Assembly (NCBI GenBank): GCA_031396445.1 | Contig: JANNKU010000114.1 | Coordinates: forward strand, 13,877 to 77,876 | DNA from: Deltaproteobacteria bacterium | GTDB lineage: Bacteria > Myxococcota_A > UBA9160 > PR03 | Reading direction: 5' to 3' | Length of the DNA: 64,000 nt | Part shown: positions 28,321-37,405 of the stretch, one piece after another | Position numbering within the stretch: position 1 is the first letter of the stretch | Layout: every line of letters starts with the position of its first letter | The notes under the pieces: generated by a model | What the model saw: the letters and a program-made list of their open reading frames with translations, nothing else | What the model was told of the DNA's origin: nothing | The model's database searches: none | Position numbers and translations under genes: made by a program

Positions 28321-28782
28321 TCAGAACTTTGCGTCTTCCTCCTCGATGGCTCGCAGAACCTCGTCGCGGGTTCCGGCCTCGAGGAGTCGCTTGCGGAAGG
28401 TCGCGTCGCGCAAGAAGCGAGAGATACGCGCCAGCGCCTTCAGGTGCTGGCCGCCCGAGTGCTCGGGCACGACGAGCAGGAAGAAAAGGTGTGTCGGCTG
28501 GCCGTCGATCGAGTCGAAGTCGACCCCCTCGCGGCTGCGCGCGAACGAAGCGAGCAGCCGCGCGAGTCCCGCCACCTTGCCGTGCGGAATCGCGACCGCT
28601 TCTCCAATGCCGGTGCTCTGGAGCTTCTCGCGCTCGACGAGCACTTCCAGCAGGCGCGCTTCATCGAGACCGGACTCAGCGCCCGCGAGCGCCTTCGCCA
28701 TCTCGGCGAGCACATCGCGCTTCTCGTGCGCCGCAAGGTCGAGGATCACGGCGTCCCGGACCAGAATGTCGGAGATCTTCAT
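28321..28782 (-). CDS. ptsN: PTS EIIA-Ntr
   Basis: 153 aa, with LQSTGIGEAVAIPHGKV around the phosphorylatable His. It lies immediately after rpoN. Confidence 0.9.
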   Translation of the reverse strand: MKISDILVRDAVILDLAAHEKRDVLAEMAKALAGAESGLDEARLLEVLVEREKLQSTGIGEAVAIPHGKVAGLARLLASFARSREGVDFDSIDGQPTHLFFLLVVPEHSGGQHLKALARISRFLRDATFRKRLLEAGTRDEVLRAIEEEDAKF

Positions 28783-28805
28783 GCACGTCCTCGCGGCGGG
28801 ATAGG

Positions 28806-30269
28806 CTAGCCGACCCGGCGGCGCTTCGTCGAGGACAACAGGTTCATCGCCTCGCGATACTTGGTCACGGTGCGACGTGCGATGTCGATGTTCGCAGTGC
28901 GCAACATCTCGGCGATGCGTTGGTCCGAGAGCGGACGGCGCGGGTCTTCGGCCTGGATGATGCGGCGGATCTTCTCTTTCACGCTCTCGCTGGCGATCGC
29001 GTCACCATCGACGCGGTTGATGCTCGAGTTGAAGAAGAACTTCAGCTCGAAGATGCCCTGCGGCGTGTGCGCGTACTTGTTGGTAGTGACGCGACTCACC
29101 GTCGATTCGTGCATGCCGATGTCGTCGGCGACATCGCGCAGGTTCAGCGGCTTCAGGTACTGCACGCCGCATTCGAAGAACTCGCGCTGATTCTTGATGA
29201 TGCTCGTCATCACCTTGTAGATCGTGCGCTGGCGCTGATGGATCGACTTGATCAGCCACAGCGCCGAGCGGACCTTGTCCTGCACGTAGTCGCGCGTGTC
29301 CTTCGCGACGCCCTCGGCGCCGCGCGCGAGAACATCGCGGTAGAGCTGGTTGATGCGCAGCTTCGGCAAACCGTCTTCGTTCAACACCACATGCAGCTCG
29401 TCGCCGATCTTGTGGACGTAGATGTCGGGAATGATGTAGACGGCCTCTTCGCCACCGAAGGGCCGACCGGGGCGCGGTTCGAGACGTCCCACCACCCGCG
29501 ATGCGACGGCCACCTCTTCGATCGTCACGCCGAGCACGCGGGCGATGCCGCGGAAATCGCGCTTCTGCAGCGCGTCGATGTGATCGGCGACCAGGATACG
29601 CACCAGCGGTTCATCGAGGCGCAGCGCGTCGATCTGCAACAACAAGCATTCGCGGAGATCGCGCGCGGCGACACCCGAAGGATCGAAGAGCTGGAGCTTT
29701 GCGAGCGCCTTCTCGACCACTTCGATCGACACATCCGAGCGACGCGCGATCTCGTCGAGATCGGCGCGGAGATAGCCGTCTTCATCGAGGTTGCCGATGA
29801 TCCACTCGGCGCCGACCCGCTCCGTCTGGTCGAGGTCCGAGAGCTGGAGCTGCCACGTCATGTGCTCCGCCAGCGTCTCGCGCCGCGTGAGCGTGCCTTC
29901 GAGCGAGCGCCGCTCGTCGTCTTCGCGACTCTCGTTCTGGAAGCCGGTCTGCGGATACGCCTCGGCGTAACTCTGCCAATCGATGTCGGCGATCTTCTCG
30001 GCGTTGCTCGCTTCGCGATTTTCCGGAACGTCGGAGTTCTCTTCCGAACTCGGCGTCGGCGCCTCCTCACTGTCGGCGACGACTTCGCGGGGAAGATCGT
30101 CCACGCCCTCGATCGATTCCTCGAGGACGACGTTCTCCTGCAGCTCCTGCTGCACGAGATCCGCCAGTTCCATGCGCGACAACTGCAAGAGCTTGATCGC
30201 CTGCTGCAACTGGGGCGTCATCACCAGTTGCTGGCTCAAGCGGAGCTGTTGTTTGATCTCGATCGCCAT
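28806..30269 (-). CDS. rpoN: RNA polymerase sigma-54 factor
   Basis: Trimmed to ATG 30269 (MAIEIKQQLRLSQQLVMTPQLQQAIKLLQLS). The C-terminal RpoN box reads ARRTVTKYRE. Confidence 0.95.
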   Translation of the reverse strand: MAIEIKQQLRLSQQLVMTPQLQQAIKLLQLSRMELADLVQQELQENVVLEESIEGVDDLPREVVADSEEAPTPSSEENSDVPENREASNAEKIADIDWQSYAEAYPQTGFQNESREDDERRSLEGTLTRRETLAEHMTWQLQLSDLDQTERVGAEWIIGNLDEDGYLRADLDEIARRSDVSIEVVEKALAKLQLFDPSGVAARDLRECLLLQIDALRLDEPLVRILVADHIDALQKRDFRGIARVLGVTIEEVAVASRVVGRLEPRPGRPFGGEEAVYIIPDIYVHKIGDELHVVLNEDGLPKLRINQLYRDVLARGAEGVAKDTRDYVQDKVRSALWLIKSIHQRQRTIYKVMTSIIKNQREFFECGVQYLKPLNLRDVADDIGMHESTVSRVTTNKYAHTPQGIFELKFFFNSSINRVDGDAIASESVKEKIRRIIQAEDPRRPLSDQRIAEMLRTANIDIARRTVTKYREAMNLLSSTKRRRVG

Positions 30270-30315
30270 CGCTTGGATTCCGGTTCGGTTGCCTGGTTGC
30301 GGTTCGTCCGCGCGC

Positions 30316-31047
30316 TCAGTTGAGCTGGAAGTTTTCGCCGAGATAGATCTCACGCACCGTTGCGTCGGCAGCGATCGCGGCCGGAGCCCCTTCGCGCAGG
30401 ATCGTCCCGTCCTTGATGATGTAGGCGCGGTCGCAGATCGCGAGCGTCTCGCGGACATTGTGGTCCGTCACGACGATCCCGATCCCGCGTGTGCGGAGCT
30501 GATCGACGACCTTCTGGATCTCCCCGACGGCAATCGGATCGATGCCGGAAAAAGGCTCGTCGAGCAGCATGAACTTCGGCTCGAGCACCAGCGCGCGCGC
30601 CACTTCGACACGACGTCGCTCGCCGCCCGAGAGCGCATCGCCACGCAGATTCTCCTTGCCGGAGAGACCGAGCTCCTGCAATAGCTCGTGCAGTCGCTCG
30701 CGCCGGATCGCCGGCTTGGGCTCGACGGTCTCGAGAATCGCGTTCAGGTTGTCCGCCACCGAAAGGCGCCTGAAGATCGACGGCTCTTGCGGCAAGTACG
30801 TGATGCCGAGCCGCGCGCGGCGGAACATCGGCAGATCCGTGATCTCGCGCTCGCCGAGGAAGACTCTTCCCTGCGTCGGCCGCACTTCACCGACGATCAG
30901 GTTGAAAGTCGTCGTCTTGCCCGCACCGTTCGGGCCGAGCAGACCGACGACTTCGCCCGGCTCGACGTGTAGATCGACACCGCAGAGCACTTCGCGGTCG
31001 CCGTAGCGTTTGCGCAACCCGCGCGCGGCGAGCACGGGACCGTTCAC
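30316..31047 (-). CDS. lptB: LPS export ABC transporter ATP-binding protein
   Basis: Trimmed to GTG 31047, which forms a GTGA overlap with the lptA stop. Motifs are GPNGAGKTTTF, LSGGERRRVEVARAL and LLDEPFSGIDP. Confidence 0.95.
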   Translation of the reverse strand: MNGPVLAARGLRKRYGDREVLCGVDLHVEPGEVVGLLGPNGAGKTTTFNLIVGEVRPTQGRVFLGEREITDLPMFRRARLGITYLPQEPSIFRRLSVADNLNAILETVEPKPAIRRERLHELLQELGLSGKENLRGDALSGGERRRVEVARALVLEPKFMLLDEPFSGIDPIAVGEIQKVVDQLRTRGIGIVVTDHNVRETLAICDRAYIIKDGTILREGAPAAIAADATVREIYLGENFQLN

Positions 31048-31709
31048 GGCACGGCCTTCTTCGTCTTCGCAACGGGCGCCGCTTTGGCTTCGGCGGCGGG
31101 CTGCTTCTCGCCCTCGGACGGCGTCACGTTCACCGTCGCCCCGCCCCTCACCTTCACGCGATTCTGCTTGATGAAGATCTCGATCTCGCGACCGCGAACG
31201 CGGTCGTCGCCCTGTTGCAATTCGGCGTTGCCGACGCAAAGCAGACGATCCTCGGTCTGGAAGAATGTCGCTTTGTCACAGAGCATGCGCCGCTTCAACT
31301 GCGACACGCGCACGTGTCCCGACGCAACGAGCTTGTCGGGCTGCGAGCCACCCGGCGGATAGAGGGCTTCGAGACGATCCGAGTTCACGCGGAGATCGCC
31401 CTGATCGATCTGCACCTTGGAGGTGAAGAGCAGCCGGCGACGTCCGTCCGTCTCGATCGCCTCGAGCTCGTCGGAGCGGATCGAAAGCGGCTTGTCGCCC
31501 TTGATCGGGAACATCGACACGCTTTGCTCGGCTCCCTCGGCTGTGGGCGTCGCCGTCGAGGCGGCGCTTGCGGCGTCAGTCGCCGCGTTCTTCGGCGAAA
31601 CCACGGGCGTACTCGAGACGTTCGGCTCCGCTGCGACCGCCTTTTGCAACGGCAACGCGAACAGGCACGCAGCGATCCCCAACAGCGAAAACCAATGTCG
31701 TCGCATCAA
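31044..31709 (-). CDS. lptA: LptA/OstA-like periplasmic LPS transport protein
   Basis: 221 aa with a signal peptide and an OstA-type beta-jellyroll pattern. It lies between lptC and lptB. The ATG at 31706 is an alternative to the TTG at 31709. Confidence 0.7.
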   Translation of the reverse strand: MMRRHWFSLLGIAACLFALPLQKAVAAEPNVSSTPVVSPKNAATDAASAASTATPTAEGAEQSVSMFPIKGDKPLSIRSDELEAIETDGRRRLLFTSKVQIDQGDLRVNSDRLEALYPPGGSQPDKLVASGHVRVSQLKRRMLCDKATFFQTEDRLLCVGNAELQQGDDRVRGREIEIFIKQNRVKVRGGATVNVTPSEGEKQPAAEAKAAPVAKTKKAVP

Positions 31710-32227
31710 GGCGTTCTCTTCTCCTCGACCCGAGCGCCGCCCGTGAGGCGAAGGCGCCGATCGCGTACGTAGTACCGAAACCCGCCACCCGTCAGCACGC
31801 GGTCGTTCTCGATGATCTCGACCGGAGCATCGGTGAAGGCAACGCCGCGTTCGCGGTCATAGCGGAGAGAAGGACCGACGAAGCGCCGCCCGTCAGCGAG
31901 CACGCCGCGGACATTCCCGCTGACAACGAGATCGTTCGTTTCCAGATCGAGCTCGCCACTCTCACTCGTGAGTTCGAGTGAGGGCTTGCCGTCCGCGCCC
32001 GCCAACTCAGCGTGCACGGCTTCGAGATGGGCTCGGTTCGCCACATCGTCGATCACGCCCGAATCCGCTTCGACGCGAACCTCCGTGATGTTCCCGCTCG
32101 ACGCGAGGAAGGTCATCTTGGAGAGGCGCATCGGAGGGCCTGCCGCGCGGCCGAGGCTGGCTGCGGCAATGAAAACTGCGGCAGCCATCGAGACGCGCAT
32201 CGCGCGCTGGACCGAGCATGATGCCAT
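31706..32227 (-). CDS. lptC: LptC-like LPS export protein
   Basis: 173 aa with an N-terminal anchor and a beta-rich body. The call rests mainly on its position upstream of lptA-lptB-rpoN. The start could be the internal MRVSMAAAV. Confidence 0.6.
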   Translation of the reverse strand: MASCSVQRAMRVSMAAAVFIAAASLGRAAGPPMRLSKMTFLASSGNITEVRVEADSGVIDDVANRAHLEAVHAELAGADGKPSLELTSESGELDLETNDLVVSGNVRGVLADGRRFVGPSLRYDRERGVAFTDAPVEIIENDRVLTGGGFRYYVRDRRLRLTGGARVEEKRTP

Positions 32228-32281
32228 GCAAGGACCATACCGCCGACGCCAGCATCGAACAACGAAAAAGTGGAGAAAGAA

Positions 32282-32581
32282 TCAGTCCTGGTAGCCGAAG
32301 ATCGTTCGGAACGGCTCATGGCGAACCACCCAAACAGCCGGTCGCACGACGATCCAGTCGAGCGCGACGCCGACCGGATGCAAGCCATACGCAGCGATGC
32401 GCAGCGGATGGGCCGAGGTGCGCGGATCGTAGTCGTCGTGCACCGGCGTGCTGGCGTATGAGTAGGAGGACTCAGCGGGAATCGGCTCGTCATCCGGCGC
32501 TTCGAGCGCGTACGCCCCGCTGGCGCAGAGTGCGATCGCGAAGCCGACGATCAGCGAAGCGAGGTGCGCTTGTAGCCCCAT
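32282..32581 (-). CDS. Hypothetical small exported protein
   Basis: Trimmed from ORF 32282..32635 to ATG 32581 (MGLQAHLASLIVGFAIALCASGAYA). I recognise no family. Confidence 0.4.
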   Translation of the reverse strand: MGLQAHLASLIVGFAIALCASGAYALEAPDDEPIPAESSYSYASTPVHDDYDPRTSAHPLRIAAYGLHPVGVALDWIVVRPAVWVVRHEPFRTIFGYQD

Positions 32582-32631
32582 GACTCGCGACCGTAGCGCG
32601 GGCTGCTCCGACCCGCAGCGGGTCTGCGAAC

Positions 32632-33438
32632 TCAAGGAGCGCCCCGCCGCAGCGCGGCTTCGCTGAACAGCTCCTCTGGGATCTCAGCGCCAAACTCGAT
32701 GTTGCGGAATTGCAACGTCGTGCGATGTCCTGTCGCGACGGTCTCCGCCTCGATGCGCTGCGCAGTCCAGATCTCCTGCACCTGCGCGACATCGTGGAGC
32801 CGGATCGTCTTCTGGAGCGCGCCGTCCACCTCCCAGAATTCGGCGAGGCGCGGAAACCAGATTTTCGCGTCGACGCGCACCCGAACGCGACCGTGCCCCA
32901 GCTCGCGCGCGACGCGATCGTCGATCGGTGTCGCCTCGATGACGTAGGTGCGGTGCCCATCGACGACCTCTTCGCCGAGCGTCTTCCACACGTAGTCGTC
33001 GAGGCTGAGCTGCGTCTCGCGCTTCATGTCCTCGAATGAGAAGTCGGTGCCTAGAAAAGCGCGACCGCGCTCCGCGAGCGCGACGCGACGCGACTTGCGA
33101 AGCGCGGGCAAGTAGAACCACTGATCGTCGGGGCGGGTCGCGTCTGCGTAGTCGAAGGTGAGCAGCGCCGTGCCTTTGATGGTCGGCGGATCTTCGAAGA
33201 AGAGCACGGCGCGCTTCTCGTCGCCGAAGCGACGTCGGTACGATCGCAGCGTTCGCTCGCGAATCGTTCCGTCTTTCTCCACGAGTTCCATCGTCCAGAT
33301 CCGCGAGACGGACTCACCCTCATCGCGCGCGTTGACGCGCCGCACGATCTCCTCGCCCGCCAGCGGCGCATCGTCTGCGCTTGCGAACGGGGCGATTGCG
33401 ACGAATGCGAGCGCGAGTGCCAGCCAGCGAATGCGCAT
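32632..33438 (-). CDS. LolA-like outer-membrane lipoprotein-sorting family protein
   Basis: 268 aa with a signal peptide. The motif ...KGTALLTFDYADATRPDDQWFYLPALRKSRRV...GTDFSFEDM is typical of the LolA_like family. Confidence 0.7.
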   Translation of the reverse strand: MRIRWLALALAFVAIAPFASADDAPLAGEEIVRRVNARDEGESVSRIWTMELVEKDGTIRERTLRSYRRRFGDEKRAVLFFEDPPTIKGTALLTFDYADATRPDDQWFYLPALRKSRRVALAERGRAFLGTDFSFEDMKRETQLSLDDYVWKTLGEEVVDGHRTYVIEATPIDDRVARELGHGRVRVRVDAKIWFPRLAEFWEVDGALQKTIRLHDVAQVQEIWTAQRIEAETVATGHRTTLQFRNIEFGAEIPEELFSEAALRRGAP

Positions 33439-33504
33439 CGACCGCCGTATAGGCGACGTCCGCGCGGCGCCGCAAGGGCTTGCAGAGCGCGACGAGTCAG
33501 CGGA

Positions 33505-34209
33505 CTACGAGACCACCAAACCTGCGAGACGCTCGAGTTCGCCGCGCGTGTGGATCGTGATGGCGCCCGCCGCCATGCTGAGCACGCCCTGCTCGGTCCA
33601 GACGCGAATCTGCTTGTTCACCGTCTCGCGCGTGGTGCCCACGTACTGCGCCAGCTCGCCTTGCGAGAGACGCAGCGTGACGTGCACGCCGTCGGTCTCC
33701 TCTTCCCCAAAGTTCTCCGCCAACACGAGCAGCTTTTTCGCGATCCGCCCCGAAATGCCGAGGAACACGATGTCCTCGATGCACTCGGACAGGCGCACGA
33801 CGCGCTCGGCGAGCACCGTGAGCAACTCCACTCCGGTTTCGGGGTGCTCGCGCAAAAAGCGCAGGAACTCGCGCCGCTCGAGCACGACCAACTCACTCGG
33901 CTCGAGTGCGACGACCGTCGCGGTGCGCTCGCCGCCGACGAGCAGCGGCAGTTCACCGACGACTTCGTTCGCGGCGAGCAGGTTGAGTACGACTTCGGCT
34001 CCCTCACTCGACGTCGCGGTCACCTTCAAGCGACCGCTCGCAATCACGTACACCTGCGCGGCTGCGTCGCCCTTGTGAAAGAGTTCTTCGCGCGCATCGA
34101 GTCGCCGCGTCGTGGCGGCCGTCGCGAGCACGTCGAGCTGTGTCGCCTCGAGTCGCGCGAAGAGCGGCACGCGCTTCAGCAGCTCGCGGCGTCGCTCGCT
34201 CGCGGCCAT
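33505..34209 (-). CDS. Crp/Fnr family transcriptional regulator
   Basis: 234 aa with a cNMP-binding domain and the C-terminal HTH LSQGELAQYVGTTRETVNKQIR. Confidence 0.9.
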   Translation of the reverse strand: MAASERRRELLKRVPLFARLEATQLDVLATAATTRRLDAREELFHKGDAAAQVYVIASGRLKVTATSSEGAEVVLNLLAANEVVGELPLLVGGERTATVVALEPSELVVLERREFLRFLREHPETGVELLTVLAERVVRLSECIEDIVFLGISGRIAKKLLVLAENFGEEETDGVHVTLRLSQGELAQYVGTTRETVNKQIRVWTEQGVLSMAAGAITIHTRGELERLAGLVVS

Positions 34210-34269
34210 CCGGACTTCGATTCGTCACGTGATCCTCCCAGCGCTGCTGTTTGCGTATCATGGCGCGCC

Positions 34270-35622
34270 GTGAGCGCCGAAGATACCCGTCCGATCGCCG
34301 ATCCGGCGCGCGTACAGCGCTATCCGTTCTTGCCCGGCGGTGTCGCGATCCCGGTCGCACGAGCCGAAGGCGCGTGGCTCTACCTCGCCGACGGGCGACG
34401 CATCCTCGACGCCGCAGGCGGGGCGATCGTCGCAAACATCGGTCACGGACGCCGAGAAGTGGCAGAGGCCGTCGCGCGAACGCTCAAAGCGACGAGCTAT
34501 CTCGTCCCGCCGTTCGCCACCGACGAGCGTATCGCGCTCGCCGAACGCCTCGTGGAACGCTGGTTGCCGCGCGGGCTCACGCGCGTCGCCTTCACGAGTG
34601 GCGGCTCCGAAGCGATGGACGCCGCCTTGCGGCTCGCGCGCCAACACCACGTTGCGGCGGGCCGACCCGAGCGTTGGAAGATGATCGGCCGCGATCTCTC
34701 GTATCACGGCACGACGCTCGGCACGCTCTCCGTCGGCGGTCACGAGAAGCGGCGCAAGGGTTTCGAGCCGCTGCTGATCGATTGGCCGAAGGCGCCCGCC
34801 TGCTATTGCCTGCGCTGCCCGCTGGGCTTGTCGCAACCGAGTTGCAAGGTCGCTTGCGTCGATGCGATCGAAGCGCTGATCGAGCGCGAAGGCCCCGAGA
34901 CGGTCGCCGCCGTCGTCGCCGAACCGGTCGTCGGCTCGACCGCGGGCGCGCTGGTTCCGCCCGACGCCTACTGGCCGCGTCTCGCGGAGATCTGCCGTCG
35001 CCATGGTGTGTTGCTGATCGCCGATGAAGTGATGACCGGCTTCGGCCGCACCGGCCGCCACTTCGCCGTCGATCATTGGGGCGTCACGCCCGACATTCTC
35101 GTCGGCGGCAAGGGACTCGCGGGCGGCTATGCGCCGATGAGCGGGGTCTACGCGACCGACGCCGTGCTCGCGCCACTCGTCGCGCGCGGCGAGGAGTTCA
35201 TGTTCTACACCTACGCGGCGCACCCGGCGTCGTGCGCCGCCGCGCTCGCAGTGCTCACGATCATCGAACGCGAGAGACTCGTCGCACGCGCCGCCGAACA
35301 GGGAAAACGCCTGCTCGATCGGCTGCGCGATGTCCTCGCCGATCACCCGCATGTCGCCGAAGTGCGTGGCCTCGGCTTGTTGCTCGCGATCGAGTTCGTG
35401 CAAGATCGCGCGACGCTCGAGCCCTTCCCGGTCGCGACGAAGTTCACCAATCGCGTCGTCGCCGCCGGCTTCCGCCACGGCGCCTTCTTCTATCCGGGCG
35501 GCGCCGGCGCCGCGCGGGATCTCGTCTGCCTCGGCCCGCCCTTCACGATCGGCGACGAAGAAATCGAGTGGATCGCGACGGCGCTGCCGCGCGCGATCGA
35601 CGACGCGGCCAAATCGATTTAG
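34270..35622 (+). CDS. Class III (omega) aminotransferase
   Basis: Trimmed from ORF 33550..35622 to GTG 34270. Motifs include GGAIVANIGHGRREV, FTSGGSEAMDAALRLAR, LLIADEVMTGFGRTG and GGKGL. Confidence 0.9.
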   Translation: MSAEDTRPIADPARVQRYPFLPGGVAIPVARAEGAWLYLADGRRILDAAGGAIVANIGHGRREVAEAVARTLKATSYLVPPFATDERIALAERLVERWLPRGLTRVAFTSGGSEAMDAALRLARQHHVAAGRPERWKMIGRDLSYHGTTLGTLSVGGHEKRRKGFEPLLIDWPKAPACYCLRCPLGLSQPSCKVACVDAIEALIEREGPETVAAVVAEPVVGSTAGALVPPDAYWPRLAEICRRHGVLLIADEVMTGFGRTGRHFAVDHWGVTPDILVGGKGLAGGYAPMSGVYATDAVLAPLVARGEEFMFYTYAAHPASCAAALAVLTIIERERLVARAAEQGKRLLDRLRDVLADHPHVAEVRGLGLLLAIEFVQDRATLEPFPVATKFTNRVVAAGFRHGAFFYPGGAGAARDLVCLGPPFTIGDEEIEWIATALPRAIDDAAKSI

Positions 35623-36020
35623 TCGCTCGCGTCCTTGCGCGTGTAGATCCACGCCCACCAGATCAGCGGCAGTTGCAGCGCCAAGCGCACCCAGTTGAGC
35701 GTGCCGAGGCCTTCGCTGGCACCGCCGACCGCCACGTTGTTGAGCGCGACGTGCAGATTCGCTGGGAACACCGCGATCAACAGCGCGATGATGCCCCACG
35801 CCGTCCAGCGTCGGATCCGCGGAATCCGCAGCGCCAGCGCCAGCGCGACGAGCCCGAGCGCGAACTCGGCGACGCCCGACAGCTCGACCAGTTCGCGATG
35901 CGCGCCCAGATAAGGCGGCATGATCTGCATGTAGAAAGCAGGCGAGAGGAAGTGATTGATGCCCGCGAACGCGTAGAACGCGCCCATCACCAACCAGGAG
36001 ATGCGTTTCGCAAGACTCAC
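35619..36020 (-). CDS. DoxX-like small membrane protein
   Basis: Trimmed to GTG 36020, which forms a GTGA overlap with the amidase stop. 133 aa with four TM helices. Motifs are AGINHFLSPAFY and AVFPANLHVA. Confidence 0.55.
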   Translation of the reverse strand: MSLAKRISWLVMGAFYAFAGINHFLSPAFYMQIMPPYLGAHRELVELSGVAEFALGLVALALALRIPRIRRWTAWGIIALLIAVFPANLHVALNNVAVGGASEGLGTLNWVRLALQLPLIWWAWIYTRKDASD

Positions 36021-37402
36021 AAGGGCGCCTCCGGCGCCGGCTGCCAACCGCCGAGCGCCCGTTCGATCTCTGCCGCCGCCGCCAGCGCGATGTCTTCGCG
36101 CCACGGCTGCGCCACCAGCTGTACACCGATCGGGAGCCCCTCCGGCGAGGTGCCCGCGCGCACCACGGCGCCCGGCCAACCGGCGAGATTCCACGTCATC
36201 GTGTGGGTGAACGCGAGCATCGCCGCGTCGACCTCGCCGTGGCGGAGCGCCGCGTGCGAGTTCACGGGGCAGATGAACAGGTCGAAGTCGCGCGTCTCGG
36301 CGAGCAGATCGCTGCGGAAGCGGTCCCACTCCTCGATCACGCGCATGCGTTCTTCGATCTGGAGCGCGGGCAGCGACGCGAAGCCAGCGAGAGAGCTGTC
36401 CTCGACGCGCGTGCCCGCTCGCTCGAGCAGCCGCCGGATGCCGAGACCTCCGTCGAGCAGGATCACCTGCATGAAGAGCGGCAGCGCGCGCGTAACAGTC
36501 GGCGGCCGGTACTCGACGACACGGGCACCCGCAGCCGACAGCACCGCGGCCGTCGCGCGGACCGTCGCCTCTACCGGCCCGTCGGCGTGCGAGATTCCGT
36601 TGTCGACGAAGAGTGCGACGCGCAGACCTGCGAGCGGCACGATCGCGGGATCCCCGAGCGCGACGGGTGCGAGGAATGGGTCGCGTCCGTCCGGACCCAC
36701 CAACAGCGGCAGCACCAGCGCGAGATCCGCGACGCGCCGCGCAAGTGGACCGATCGTCGTGAGCGCGTCGGTGGCGGTGCCAGGCCCGATCGCATGGCCG
36801 GCCCGCGACACGCGGCCCGGCGTCGGCCGGATGCCGGCGACGCCACAGAAGTGTGCCGGCAAGCGAATGCTGCCGCCGGTGTCGGAGCCGATATCGAGCG
36901 GCACGCCGCCCGCCGCGATGATCGCGGCCGCGCCGCCGCTCGATCCGCCCGGCGTGCGCGTCAGGTCGTAGGGATTGTTGGTGCGCCCGTAGACGGGGTT
37001 CACCGTCTCGAAGCCAAACGTGAACTCGGGCGTGTTGGTCTTGCCGACCACGATCGCGCCGGCCGCGCGCAATCGCGCGACGGCGGTGGCGTCCGCGTCC
37101 GGGACGAAGCCCTTGCGGCCCGGTGTGCCCCAGGTCGTCACCAGCCCCGCCGTATCGAAGGAGTCTTTGATCGTGATCGGCACGCCGTGCAGCGGGCCCA
37201 GCGTGTCGCCATGCGCGCTCGCCGCGTCCGCCGCATCGGCGTCGCGCAGCGCTTCGTCTGCGCGCAGCGCAACGACCGCGTTCAGCGCCGGGTTCACGCG
37301 CTCGATGCGCGCCAGACACGCCTCCACCGCTTCGCGTGACGACAGCTGCTTCGAACGAATCGCGCGCGCGAGTGCGGCGGCCGACGCCGCTGCCACATCC
37401 AT
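36017..37402 (-). CDS. Amidase-signature family amidase
   Basis: 461 aa, with GPLHGVPITIKDSF and GGSSGGAAAIIAAG. Confidence 0.9.
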   Translation of the reverse strand: MDVAAASAAALARAIRSKQLSSREAVEACLARIERVNPALNAVVALRADEALRDADAADAASAHGDTLGPLHGVPITIKDSFDTAGLVTTWGTPGRKGFVPDADATAVARLRAAGAIVVGKTNTPEFTFGFETVNPVYGRTNNPYDLTRTPGGSSGGAAAIIAAGGVPLDIGSDTGGSIRLPAHFCGVAGIRPTPGRVSRAGHAIGPGTATDALTTIGPLARRVADLALVLPLLVGPDGRDPFLAPVALGDPAIVPLAGLRVALFVDNGISHADGPVEATVRATAAVLSAAGARVVEYRPPTVTRALPLFMQVILLDGGLGIRRLLERAGTRVEDSSLAGFASLPALQIEERMRVIEEWDRFRSDLLAETRDFDLFICPVNSHAALRHGEVDAAMLAFTHTMTWNLAGWPGAVVRAGTSPEGLPIGVQLVAQPWREDIALAAAAEIERALGGWQPAPEAPL

Positions 37403-37405
37403 GCG

